A stretch of 64,000 bases of DNA from Kiritimatiellia bacterium (GTDB taxonomy: Bacteria; Verrucomicrobiota; Kiritimatiellia; JAAZAB01): the NCBI GenBank assembly GCA_040767085.1, contig JAXGPF010000008.1, forward strand, positions 44,590-108,589, read 5' to 3'. Each line of letters opens with the position of its first letter. The first letter of the stretch is position 1. A model generated the notes under the pieces. The model saw only the letters and a program-made list of their open reading frames with translations, did not search any database and had not been told where the DNA came from. A program made the translations under genes and the position numbers. Of the stretch, positions 28,486 through 37,066 are shown one piece after another.

Positions 28486-29919
28486 ATGAATCGTTGTTTA
28501 AGCGCGGTGTTGGCTGGTATTTTACTGGTGACGAATGGCTGGAGCGCGGCGCGCGACGACTTGCAGGCGCTGGTGTCCGCCGCCATGGAGTGGAATCCGC
28601 GGATCAGGGCGGCCGTCTGTCAGCAGGAACAGGCCGCCGCCGACCGCGCCGGGCTGCGCGGCTTCTTCGATCCGCAGCTTTCGGCCGGCGGCGAATACCT
28701 GGATTCGGTTTACGGCCGGCGCGAGACCCTGCTGCAGGCCGGTGTGCATGCGCCGGTGGGCCCCGGCGTCTACCTGGACGCCGCCGTGGAAGAGCGTTTT
28801 TTCGACCAGATGGGCGATGTGGATTCGACCAGCCTGGAATACGACCGCCTGATTCAAAGCCGGGTCTGGCTGGGATTGAATGTGCCCCTGCTGCAGGACC
28901 GCGGCTGGCGGCAGTGGCGGTTGGAGGATTTGCAGGCGCGGCACGCGGTGGCGGCGGCGGACCGGCAATTGCTGGCAGTGCGGCAGGAAGTGCGCCGGGA
29001 AGTCGAGCAGCAGTATTTCACGCTGATCGAAGCCCGGGCTTCGATCAACGTCGCCAAATCGGCCGCCGAGCGCGCGGAGAAACTGCTGCGCGAAGCGGAA
29101 GCCATGGTCAGCGTGCAGGCGCTGCCGGAATACCAGGTGTATGCCGCGCGTTCCGCGGCGGCTTTGCGCCAGGAGGAAGTGCTGGCAGCCCGCCAGAATT
29201 ACGATGCCGCCGTGCTGGTGCTGAACTCGCTGGTCGGAGCGCCCGTCCCCCCCGCGCTGTCGGACCCGGCCCTGGAAGATTTAATTGACTGGGCCATGGC
29301 GTTGCGGCTGCCGGAGCAGTACCGCCTGGCCCAAATCCTTTCCGCGCGCGGCAACTACGCCCGGATCATGTCGCAGATCGAGGCGGACCGCGCCGCCCGC
29401 GACCTGGCGGAAGACCAGTTGCGGTCCCGGTTGAGCCTGGTGCTGGAAACCACCCTGCAGGGGGAGGACCCCGACGACCTGGCGGCCACCGGCCGATACC
29501 TCAGCGCGCGCAATGCCGGCGTGCTGGCCGGCGTGGTGTGGAGCCGTCCCTGGGGCTACCGCGCGGAAAAAGCCCAGGTGCGTGTCAAAACCGCCCAACT
29601 GGCTGAGCAGGGCGAGTCGCTGCGGCAGGCGGAGTTGACGATTGCCACAGAACTGGCGGTGGCGCATAAGCGGTTTGCCTCCGCCCACGGGCGGTTGCGG
29701 GAGGCGTCGGCCGCGGTGGCCGCCGCCCAACTGGCGCTGGACTCCGAGGATGAGCGTTTCCGCCTGGGCGAAGGGCGCAGCCGAAATGTGCTGGATGCGC
29801 AAAAAGACTTGACGGACGCGTTAAAACGGCAAATAGTAGCAGGCGTGGAATTATTGCGCGCTTATTATGCGTTTGATTTCGCCGCCGGGTACAGCCTGGC
29901 GGACGCCGAGGAATTATGA
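28486..29919 (+). CDS. TolC family outer-membrane efflux protein
   Basis: Signal peptide; LVSAAMEWNPRIRAA, LNVPLLQ, EDERFRLGEGRSRNVLDAQ. Confidence 0.88.
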   Translation: MNRCLSAVLAGILLVTNGWSAARDDLQALVSAAMEWNPRIRAAVCQQEQAAADRAGLRGFFDPQLSAGGEYLDSVYGRRETLLQAGVHAPVGPGVYLDAAVEERFFDQMGDVDSTSLEYDRLIQSRVWLGLNVPLLQDRGWRQWRLEDLQARHAVAAADRQLLAVRQEVRREVEQQYFTLIEARASINVAKSAAERAEKLLREAEAMVSVQALPEYQVYAARSAAALRQEEVLAARQNYDAAVLVLNSLVGAPVPPALSDPALEDLIDWAMALRLPEQYRLAQILSARGNYARIMSQIEADRAARDLAEDQLRSRLSLVLETTLQGEDPDDLAATGRYLSARNAGVLAGVVWSRPWGYRAEKAQVRVKTAQLAEQGESLRQAELTIATELAVAHKRFASAHGRLREASAAVAAAQLALDSEDERFRLGEGRSRNVLDAQKDLTDALKRQIVAGVELLRAYYAFDFAAGYSLADAEEL

Positions 29920-30740
29920 TGACGAGATTGCGGAATTTATTCGGTTTCGGCGAGGACCGGGATGATGATTTGCAGCCGCCGCTGGAAAACTCCATCCTGC
30001 CCGATCACCAGCGCGACAAGCTGGAGCGGGATATCCAGATCCTGGAGGATGAATACGGCCTCAAGGAAAAGCAACTGCACAAGGAGGCGGAGCGCCAGGT
30101 GCAGGATGCCGCCAAGGATTCGCTCAAGCAGATGCACGTGATCCAGATGGGGCGCTGCCCGCATTGCGGCGAGCACTTGAGCGAGCATATGTTCGCCGCC
30201 ATTTGCGAATCCTGCGGGTGGAATACCTTCGACGTACCGCGCACCGGCCCGATCAAGGTGCATTTGAAGGACCATGCCACCGTGCTGGACGCCCAGCGCT
30301 GTTACGTGACTTCGGCCGGGGATGTCTTTGTGGTCAATAACGATGTGGTCACCGCGCGCCTGCTCAAGGGGGCGGTGGATTGGATCGAGTACCCCTGGTC
30401 GTCCGAGGAACTGGACCAGCGCTACAAGGCGACGCTGGAGCGCCTGCACATCACCTGCGGCTGGTGCAACAGCAAGGTGGATCCCTCCAGCGAAGGCTTC
30501 CATATGGTGCACGTGGCTTTCGGCGCCAGCCAGGAGCGCTATGTGTTTTGTTCGGACGCCTGTTACGAGGCTTTCCGCAAGATGTACCCCGCCCGCGTGC
30601 ATCGCAATTGTTACGAACGCAAATGCTCGGAATGCAATCTGTGCGTGAAGCGGTACGATGACGACGAGGATGGCAGCATGCGCCTGATTGCCAAGGACCT
30701 GCTGCGTTTCAAGGCTTTTAGAAAACAGCAATCGGGTTAA
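29916..30740 (+). CDS. Cys-rich multi-metal-binding hypothetical protein
   Basis: CPHC..CESC zinc ribbon, CGWC..CSDAC (TRASH/YHS-like) and CYERKCSECNLC; ATGA overlap with tolC. Confidence 0.75.
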   Translation: MMTRLRNLFGFGEDRDDDLQPPLENSILPDHQRDKLERDIQILEDEYGLKEKQLHKEAERQVQDAAKDSLKQMHVIQMGRCPHCGEHLSEHMFAAICESCGWNTFDVPRTGPIKVHLKDHATVLDAQRCYVTSAGDVFVVNNDVVTARLLKGAVDWIEYPWSSEELDQRYKATLERLHITCGWCNSKVDPSSEGFHMVHVAFGASQERYVFCSDACYEAFRKMYPARVHRNCYERKCSECNLCVKRYDDDEDGSMRLIAKDLLRFKAFRKQQSG

Positions 30741-30746
30741 TCGAAT

Positions 30747-31790
30747 ATGGGCGTGGTGCATACTCCCGGGCCGGGCCGGCCCATGCCGCTGCCGGCCAAA
30801 ACGCGACGCTGGCTGGCGCGCCGCATGTTGCTGCGGCTGGGCGCGGCGCTGGTGCTGGTGGCCATCGCCGGCTGGTTCATCCGCGTGCCGCGCGTGGTCT
30901 GGGCCAACGGCAATGTGATTTCCGAGGAATACGCCGAAATCCGGCCCGCCGTGGCCGGCACGGTGCAATCCATCGCGGCGCATTCAGGCGACCAGGTGCG
31001 GCGCGGCGACCTGCTGGTGCAGTTGGATAATGCCGAGGCGCTGGCCACCCTGGAGGAGGCGCGGCGCCAGATGCACAAGGCCGAAGCGGAGTTGACGCGG
31101 CGCGAGGCGGAAGTCGCCGAGCAGAAACGCCGCCGGGCCGAAGATATGGCGGTGGTGGACCTGCGCCTGCAGAATGCGCGCAGCCGCCTGGCCCGCATCA
31201 AGGAATTGCTCAGCCGCGGGCTGGTGGCCGGCAGCGCCCTGGAGGACGAACAGTTGAAGGTGGACCTGATCCAGGCCGAGTTGGAATCGCTGCGCCAGCA
31301 GGATATGAGCGTTTATGACAAGGAATTGGCCGTGGTGCGGGAGGAACTGGCGGCCCGGCGGGAGGCCGTCACGCGCGCCGAAGCCGCCGCGCAGGCCCGC
31401 GCTATCCGCGCGCCGATTGACGGCCAGGTGCTGCGCTACGAATTCGTCACCGGCGAAATGGTCCGGCCCGACGTGGTGCTGATGGAAATTTTCGGCGGCG
31501 AGGGGCAGGTGCTGAAACTGCGGATACCCGAGCGCCATGCGGCGCGCGTGAAGGCCGGCGACCCTTATCGCGCGCGCCTGGCCTCCTACGGCGGCTTGCG
31601 GGACATCTGGTTCCGGGGCGAGGTCCAGCATCTGCGCAATGTGATTCAATACGAAGGCGCATCCGGTTACCGGGTGGCTTACTGCAGTTTCGATCCGCAA
31701 GGCCGGGGCGTGCCGCCCGGCGCCACGGCTGAAGCGCGGGTGTATTGCGGCCGCACGCGGCTTTGGCTGTTCCTGCTGGGTCTGGAATAA
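30747..31790 (+). CDS. HlyD family membrane fusion protein
   Basis: One N-terminal TM, IRPAVAGTV..SGDQVRRGDLLVQLD, long coiled coil, IRAPIDGQV. Confidence 0.9.
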   Translation: MGVVHTPGPGRPMPLPAKTRRWLARRMLLRLGAALVLVAIAGWFIRVPRVVWANGNVISEEYAEIRPAVAGTVQSIAAHSGDQVRRGDLLVQLDNAEALATLEEARRQMHKAEAELTRREAEVAEQKRRRAEDMAVVDLRLQNARSRLARIKELLSRGLVAGSALEDEQLKVDLIQAELESLRQQDMSVYDKELAVVREELAARREAVTRAEAAAQARAIRAPIDGQVLRYEFVTGEMVRPDVVLMEIFGGEGQVLKLRIPERHAARVKAGDPYRARLASYGGLRDIWFRGEVQHLRNVIQYEGASGYRVAYCSFDPQGRGVPPGATAEARVYCGRTRLWLFLLGLE

Positions 31791-31813
31791 ATCCGCCGCC
31801 GTGCCGGCGCGCC

Positions 31814-33601
31814 ATGCCAGGCAGCCGCGCCGCAACCTTTTTCATGACGCCCCCCGGAAAATCCGAGCTGGCGCAGGTGATGGAATTCCTGCGGCCTTAT
31901 CGCGTGCGCCTGGTGCAAATGCTGCTGTTGACCACGGCGCTTTCGATCCTGGCCATGCTGCCGCCGCTGTTGACCCGGGCGTTCATTGACCGCGTGGTGG
32001 AAGGCGGCCATCGGAATCTGTTCCTGCCGCTGAGCGTCGGTCTGTTGCTGACGCCGCTCCTGGTGGCCGTGGCCGGTTTCCTGCAAACGCAGGGGATCGC
32101 CTATATCGGGCAGCGCTTTGTTTTCGACCTGCGCTGCGCCTTGTACCGGCACTTGCTCGCCATGTCGCTCCGCTTTTTCGGCCGGCACAGCACGGGGATG
32201 CTCTTGAACCGGCTGATGGGCGATTCCGGCGTTGTGGCCAACATGCTGTCCGCCCAGACCATCGGCATTCTGTCCGACCTGGTCTGCTCCTCCTTCGCGC
32301 TGGTGGTGACTTTCGTCATCAACTGGCGCCTGGCGCTGGTGATCGCCCTGGTCGTGGTCATTTTCCTTGTCAATTACCATTACAACATCCGGCGCATCCG
32401 CGAGGCGTCCTGGCAGTACAAGCGCTCCTACGACCGCATGTCCGGCGGCGTGCAGAACCGGCTCGTGGCGGGCCTGACGGTCAAAAGTTTCGGCGCCGAG
32501 GAGCGCGAGCAGGATGCGTTCGAGGGCGACTCCGCGGAAAGCGCCGTGCTGCACCAGAACGCCGGCTTCGCCGGGAACGTCTTCCAGCAGAATACGGCCC
32601 TGATCCAGAATCTCGGACGGGCCATCCTGTATTTCATGGGGTGCGCCATGGTGCTCCGCGGCGACATGACTTACGGCGATGTGCTGGCCTTCACCACCTA
32701 CGCCATGCAGTTGCTGGGGCCGGCCGTGCGGTTTTCGGAACTGGCGCGCCCCCTGCAGGATGTGCGGATCGCCGTGGAACGCATCATGGAGCTCTACCGC
32801 CAGCAGCCGGAAGTGCGGGACGATCCGGCGGCCGCGCCGCTGCCGTCCGCCATCCGCGGCCGCGTGGACTTCGAGAAGGTGGATTTCCATTACAACCCCG
32901 GCCAGCCGGTGCTGCGGGAATTCACCTTGCGGGTGAACGCCGGCGAGACCGTGGCGCTGGTCGGCCCCACCGGCTGCGGCAAGAGCACGGTGATGCTTTT
33001 GCTGATGCGGTTTTTCGACGTGTGCGGCGGGAGTTTGAAAATTGACGGCCGCGATGTGCGCGGCATCCGGCTCCGCGATTTGCGCGCCCAGTTCGGCGTG
33101 GTGCTGCAGGAGCCGCTGCTGTTTAACGTCAGCATTGCCGACAACATCCGCTATGCCCGACCCCGCGCCACCCCGGCGGAAATCGAAGCGGCGGCGCGCG
33201 TGGCGGAAATCCACGACTTCATCGCCACGCTGCCGCAAGGCTATCAAACCATGCTGGGCAGCGAGGGCCTGCAGTTGTCGGTGGGACAGAAACAGCGCCT
33301 GACCATCGCGCGCGCGGTGCTGACCGATCCGGCGATCCTGATCATGGACGAGGCGACCAGTTCGCTTGACAGCGACTCGGAACGCGCCATCCAGACGGCG
33401 CTGCGGCGGGTGCTGCGCAATCGCACGGCCTTCATCGTGGCGCACCGGTTGAGCACCATCCGCGACGCCCACCGCATCATCCTGATCCGCGCCGGCAGGA
33501 TTATCGAGAGCGGCAGCCATGCAGAACTGATGGCCCTGCCGGACGGCGCCTACAGCGCGCTTTACAACCGCCATGTCGCCAAAGGGGTAATTGATGATTA
33601 G
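31814..33601 (+). CDS. ABC exporter half-transporter (TMD+NBD), catalytically canonical subunit; start uncertain
   Basis: GPTGCGKS, signature LSVGQKQR, Walker B ILIMDEAT, H-loop VAHR. Confidence 0.9.
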   Translation: MPGSRAATFFMTPPGKSELAQVMEFLRPYRVRLVQMLLLTTALSILAMLPPLLTRAFIDRVVEGGHRNLFLPLSVGLLLTPLLVAVAGFLQTQGIAYIGQRFVFDLRCALYRHLLAMSLRFFGRHSTGMLLNRLMGDSGVVANMLSAQTIGILSDLVCSSFALVVTFVINWRLALVIALVVVIFLVNYHYNIRRIREASWQYKRSYDRMSGGVQNRLVAGLTVKSFGAEEREQDAFEGDSAESAVLHQNAGFAGNVFQQNTALIQNLGRAILYFMGCAMVLRGDMTYGDVLAFTTYAMQLLGPAVRFSELARPLQDVRIAVERIMELYRQQPEVRDDPAAAPLPSAIRGRVDFEKVDFHYNPGQPVLREFTLRVNAGETVALVGPTGCGKSTVMLLLMRFFDVCGGSLKIDGRDVRGIRLRDLRAQFGVVLQEPLLFNVSIADNIRYARPRATPAEIEAAARVAEIHDFIATLPQGYQTMLGSEGLQLSVGQKQRLTIARAVLTDPAILIMDEATSSLDSDSERAIQTALRRVLRNRTAFIVAHRLSTIRDAHRIILIRAGRIIESGSHAELMALPDGAYSALYNRHVAKGVIDD

Positions 33602-35573
33602 GGTGAAATTATCCCACCGCCGGCGCAACCTTGAGTTCCGTCCGGTTTACCGGCCCCGCGACCGCAAGGTCGGGGAAGCGGCGCTGTTCTGGCGGTTCAT
33701 CCGCAATTACCTGCTGCCCTACCGCCGGATTATCCTGCTCTGCGTCCTGCTGGCGGCGCTGGATAGTTGCGGCTCGTTTTACCTGATCGCCTGGTATACG
33801 CGGGTGGTGGTGGACAAGGTGCTGGTGGTCCGCCCCGCGGCCGCGCCGCCATCCACCGCCGCCGGCTTGCACGAAGAGCCGCAAGCTTTCGCCCCGTTGA
33901 ACGCGGCCGACCGCCGCGGCCAGCACCAGCCGCGGGTCGGCCTGCATCGCGCGCTGGAAACGGCGCCCCTGGCCGGCGGACGGCCGCCGCGCGCCGGCAT
34001 GCTGCTGGCGGGTTTGTTTGTCCTCTACCTGCTGACCATCCTGGCGGGCAACCTGATTAACCGCCTGGCTATCCGGCACCGCATCATGGTCGGACGGCGG
34101 ATCACCAACCGGCTGCGGGACGATATGCATGAACACGTGATCCGCCTGAGCGTTTCCGCGCAGTCGGCGCATACCCCCGGCCGCCTGATGGCCCGCATCC
34201 TCTCCGATGTCGAAGCGGTGCAGGAATACATGTTGACGCTGATCATCAACGCTTCCAGCCAGTTGATCATGGTGCTGGTCGGCATGTTGCTGCTGGCGCT
34301 GATTGACGGGCGGATCGCCCTGATGGTGCTGGCGATCATGCCGCTGTATGTCATCATCTACCGCGTGGCGCGGCCCCACTTGCGCCGCAACAACCAGGAA
34401 TTGCGCCATACCAACGCCTGCCTCTACGGGCTGGTATCGCAGAAACTGGACGCCATCCGCCTGATCCAGTCCGGCAACCGCGAGAAACGCGAATTGCTGG
34501 CATTCTTCCGGCTGGTCAGCTGCTACCTGCGCGACAGCCTACACCAGGCCTTCCTCGGCTCGTTGAGCGGGCGCCTGGCGGAATTAGTGCGCGCCCTGGG
34601 GACGAATGGCGCGGTTTTCATCTACGGGATGCAGCAGGTGCTGGCCGGCCGGATCAGCCTGGGGGGAATGCTGTACGCCTATGCCACGGCCGCCTCCCTG
34701 TTTTCGCCCGTGCTGGCGCTCAGCCGCCTGAACATGGTGGTGTCCAACCTGCTGGTTTCCCTGCAGCGGCTGGCGGAGATCATGGACGAGCCGGCAGTGA
34801 TCGCCGACGCACCCGATGCCCGGGACCTGGCTTTGCCCCTGCGCCACGGGATTGAAATCTCCGGCCTGCAGTTTGGGTATGACGCCCGGCAGCCGCCGGT
34901 GTTGCGCGGGCTTGACCTGTTTGTGCCGGCTGGAACCTGGATGTGCATCATGGGTCCCAGCGGATCGGGGAAAACCACCCTGTTGTATCTGCTGGCCCGC
35001 CTGCTGGAACGCACTGGCGGCGCCATTCTGCTGGATGGAACACCGCTGGAAAAAATCCGGCTGGAAGCCCTGCGCCGGCAAGTGGCGCTGGTGCCGCAGG
35101 AACCGCAGATCATCAGCGGCACCGTGCGCGATAACATCTGTTACGGACGGCCCGGAGCCGAACCGGGCGAAATCATGGCCGCCGCCCAAGCCGCCGAGTT
35201 TCACGACTTTGTCATTTCCATGCCCGTGCAATACGAAACTCTGCTGGGCGAAAAGGGCGCCAGCCTCTCCGGCGGCCAGCGCCAGCGCCTTTCCCTCGCC
35301 CGGGCACTGCTGACCCGGCCGGAAATCCTGCTGCTGGACGACTGCACTTCGGCCCTGGACGCGGAGACGGAGCACCGCATCCAGGAAACCCTGGCGCGCG
35401 TGCTGCGCGGCAAGACCGCTGTGCTGGTCTCGCAGCGCGTTTCCATGGCCCAGCGCTGCCGGACGGTATGCGTGCTGCAGGACGGCCAGATCGCGGAAAT
35501 CGGCGCGCCGGACGAATTGCGGACGCGCGGCGGTTATTACGCGCGGTTGTACGCCCAGCAGACGGGGAATTGA
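33591..35573 (+). CDS. ABC exporter half-transporter (TMD+NBD), degenerate subunit
   Basis: GPSGSGKT, LSGGQRQR, Walker B ILLLDDCT (E to D), switch VSQR (H to Q). Confidence 0.9.
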   Translation: MMIRVKLSHRRRNLEFRPVYRPRDRKVGEAALFWRFIRNYLLPYRRIILLCVLLAALDSCGSFYLIAWYTRVVVDKVLVVRPAAAPPSTAAGLHEEPQAFAPLNAADRRGQHQPRVGLHRALETAPLAGGRPPRAGMLLAGLFVLYLLTILAGNLINRLAIRHRIMVGRRITNRLRDDMHEHVIRLSVSAQSAHTPGRLMARILSDVEAVQEYMLTLIINASSQLIMVLVGMLLLALIDGRIALMVLAIMPLYVIIYRVARPHLRRNNQELRHTNACLYGLVSQKLDAIRLIQSGNREKRELLAFFRLVSCYLRDSLHQAFLGSLSGRLAELVRALGTNGAVFIYGMQQVLAGRISLGGMLYAYATAASLFSPVLALSRLNMVVSNLLVSLQRLAEIMDEPAVIADAPDARDLALPLRHGIEISGLQFGYDARQPPVLRGLDLFVPAGTWMCIMGPSGSGKTTLLYLLARLLERTGGAILLDGTPLEKIRLEALRRQVALVPQEPQIISGTVRDNICYGRPGAEPGEIMAAAQAAEFHDFVISMPVQYETLLGEKGASLSGGQRQRLSLARALLTRPEILLLDDCTSALDAETEHRIQETLARVLRGKTAVLVSQRVSMAQRCRTVCVLQDGQIAEIGAPDELRTRGGYYARLYAQQTGN

Positions 35574-35602
35574 GCCGCCGCGCGCCAACCTGAATTGCGC
35601 AT

Positions 35603-36670
35603 TCAGAGTTGATGGTTGGCCCGGTAAAATTTGCGGCGCCGCGCCTTGATGACAAGGCCGGCGCCGGCGCCGGCGGCCGCCAGGGCCGCCGCCGCCAGCA
35701 CGGCCAACCAGGCCGGCCACCGCGGCCCGGCCGCCTGGCTGTCAGGGGCGGGGGCCGGGGTGGGCGCCGGCGCGGGAACCGGCGGCGGCGCGGCAGGTTT
35801 GGCGGGCGCCCTGGCAAAGCCCAGCGCGAGCAATTCCGCCGCCTTGGCGTCCCGGGTTTTCTTGTCCGGGCAGCCGAGCAGGACGGCGATGATGCGGGTG
35901 TCGCCGCGTTTGGCGGTGGCGATCATGGAATAGCCGGCCTGGCGGAAGTAGCCGGTTTTCATCCCGTCGCATCCCGCGCAGGTGAACAACAGGCTGTTGT
36001 GGCTGCGCATGACAAACGGCGGCTGCTCGCGGAACGGGCGTTCGACGGTGGAGGTGTAACGCAGGCTTGCCGGGTAGGCCAGGACCGCCCGGGCCAGGCG
36101 CGCCAGGTCGCGGGCCGTACTGACGTCCGGCTGCTGGCCCGCGGCCGGGGGCAGGCCGTGGACGGAATGGAACTGCGTCGCTTGCATGCGCAGGCTCCGC
36201 GCCTGCCGGTTCATCATTTCCACGAAGCGGTCTTTGCCGCCGGCGATGTGAATGGCCAGGGCCGTGGCGGCGTCGTTGGCGGACTGTACCATCAGCGCGT
36301 AAAGCAATTCGTCCACCGTGAAGGACTCGTTTTCCTGGAGGTAAACCTGCGAGCCGCCGATCCGGGCGGCCTCGGCGGTTACACGCACCGGGTCGTCCGG
36401 CTGCAGCTTGCCCGCCTGGATCGCCTGCAGGACCAGCAGCAGGTCCATGACTTTGAGCACGCTGGCGGGATAGCCCGGCGCGTCCGAGCGGTCTTCATAG
36501 AGGATCATGCCGGTGTCGGCGTCGGTCACAATGGCGCCCAGGTAAGGCGTTCCGATACGGGTTTCGATCTGGGCGCGCGCGGCGCGGACGGCATCCGGCC
36601 GCCCCGCGGCCAGCAGGCAGGCCAGGCCGATGCCGGCGCGCCAGGCAGCGGACGGAAGTCGTGCATGCAT
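35603..36670 (-). CDS. D-alanyl-D-alanine carboxypeptidase (peptidase S11) with C-terminal TM anchor
   Basis: PASVLK (SxxK), SAND (SxN), GMKTG (KTG), STARDLARL; Pro/Ala linker and TM helix. Confidence 0.92.
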   Translation of the reverse strand: MHARLPSAAWRAGIGLACLLAAGRPDAVRAARAQIETRIGTPYLGAIVTDADTGMILYEDRSDAPGYPASVLKVMDLLLVLQAIQAGKLQPDDPVRVTAEAARIGGSQVYLQENESFTVDELLYALMVQSANDAATALAIHIAGGKDRFVEMMNRQARSLRMQATQFHSVHGLPPAAGQQPDVSTARDLARLARAVLAYPASLRYTSTVERPFREQPPFVMRSHNSLLFTCAGCDGMKTGYFRQAGYSMIATAKRGDTRIIAVLLGCPDKKTRDAKAAELLALGFARAPAKPAAPPPVPAPAPTPAPAPDSQAAGPRWPAWLAVLAAAALAAAGAGAGLVIKARRRKFYRANHQL

Positions 36671-36823
36671 ATTGATAAGCCCTGAATTTCCGCGATACGA
36701 ACGATGATGCGGCCGGTGCGGCGGCGCATGGTTTGACCGGAAATATGGCCGCCGCCGGCGCGGATGTCAAGCGTTTATCCGCCGGCGGCATATAACCGGC
36801 AGCGAAATATTATTAAAAAATAT

Positions 36824-36853
36824 TTGACAAATTCCGGGACGGTGGATAATAAT
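36824..36853 (+). promoter_or_regulatory. Putative sigma70 promoter of the ilv-leu operon
   Basis: TTGACA (36824) followed by GATAAT/AATAAT -10 candidates (spacer 15 or 18). Confidence 0.55.
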
Positions 36854-36861
36854 GCCCGCGC

Positions 36862-36984
36862 ATGAAAAATTATCACACCACCGTAGTCATCCGCGAGGTT
36901 AACGGCGCGTTGCGCGGGGCGCTCGTATTGCGCCTGGCCGTGCCGGGCGCCTGGCACGGTGGTCAACCCCTGCAGCCGGCTTGA
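36862..36984 (+). CDS. Branched-chain amino acid leader peptide (40 aa), missing from the ORF track
   Basis: MKNYHTTVVIREVNGALRGALVLRLAVPGAWHGGQPLQPA*, rich in Thr/Val/Ile/Leu; lies between the promoter and the terminator. Confidence 0.8.
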   Translation: MKNYHTTVVIREVNGALRGALVLRLAVPGAWHGGQPLQPA

Positions 36985-37041
36985 ATCTGCCGGATGATCC
37001 AGGAGCCCAACCCACCGTGCGCAAGCGGTGGGTTTTTTTTT
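36938..37041 (+). terminator. Transcription attenuator (protector, antiterminator and intrinsic terminator)
   Basis: Terminator AACCCACCG/CGGTGGGTT (37009-37034) plus T-run; antiterminator GCACGGTGG (36954-62) pairs with CCACCGTGC (37012-20); protector CCGTGCC (36938-44) pairs with GGCACGG (36953-59). Confidence 0.85.
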
Positions 37042-37066
37042 AGCGTTGGACGAAGGGAGGGCGGCG

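Noticed and set aside
31679-33628. 649-aa minus-strand ORF, and similar long antisense ORFs over icd, acn, leuA and sdaA
   Set aside because: They overlap well-supported genes on the opposite strand and show no recognisable domains.
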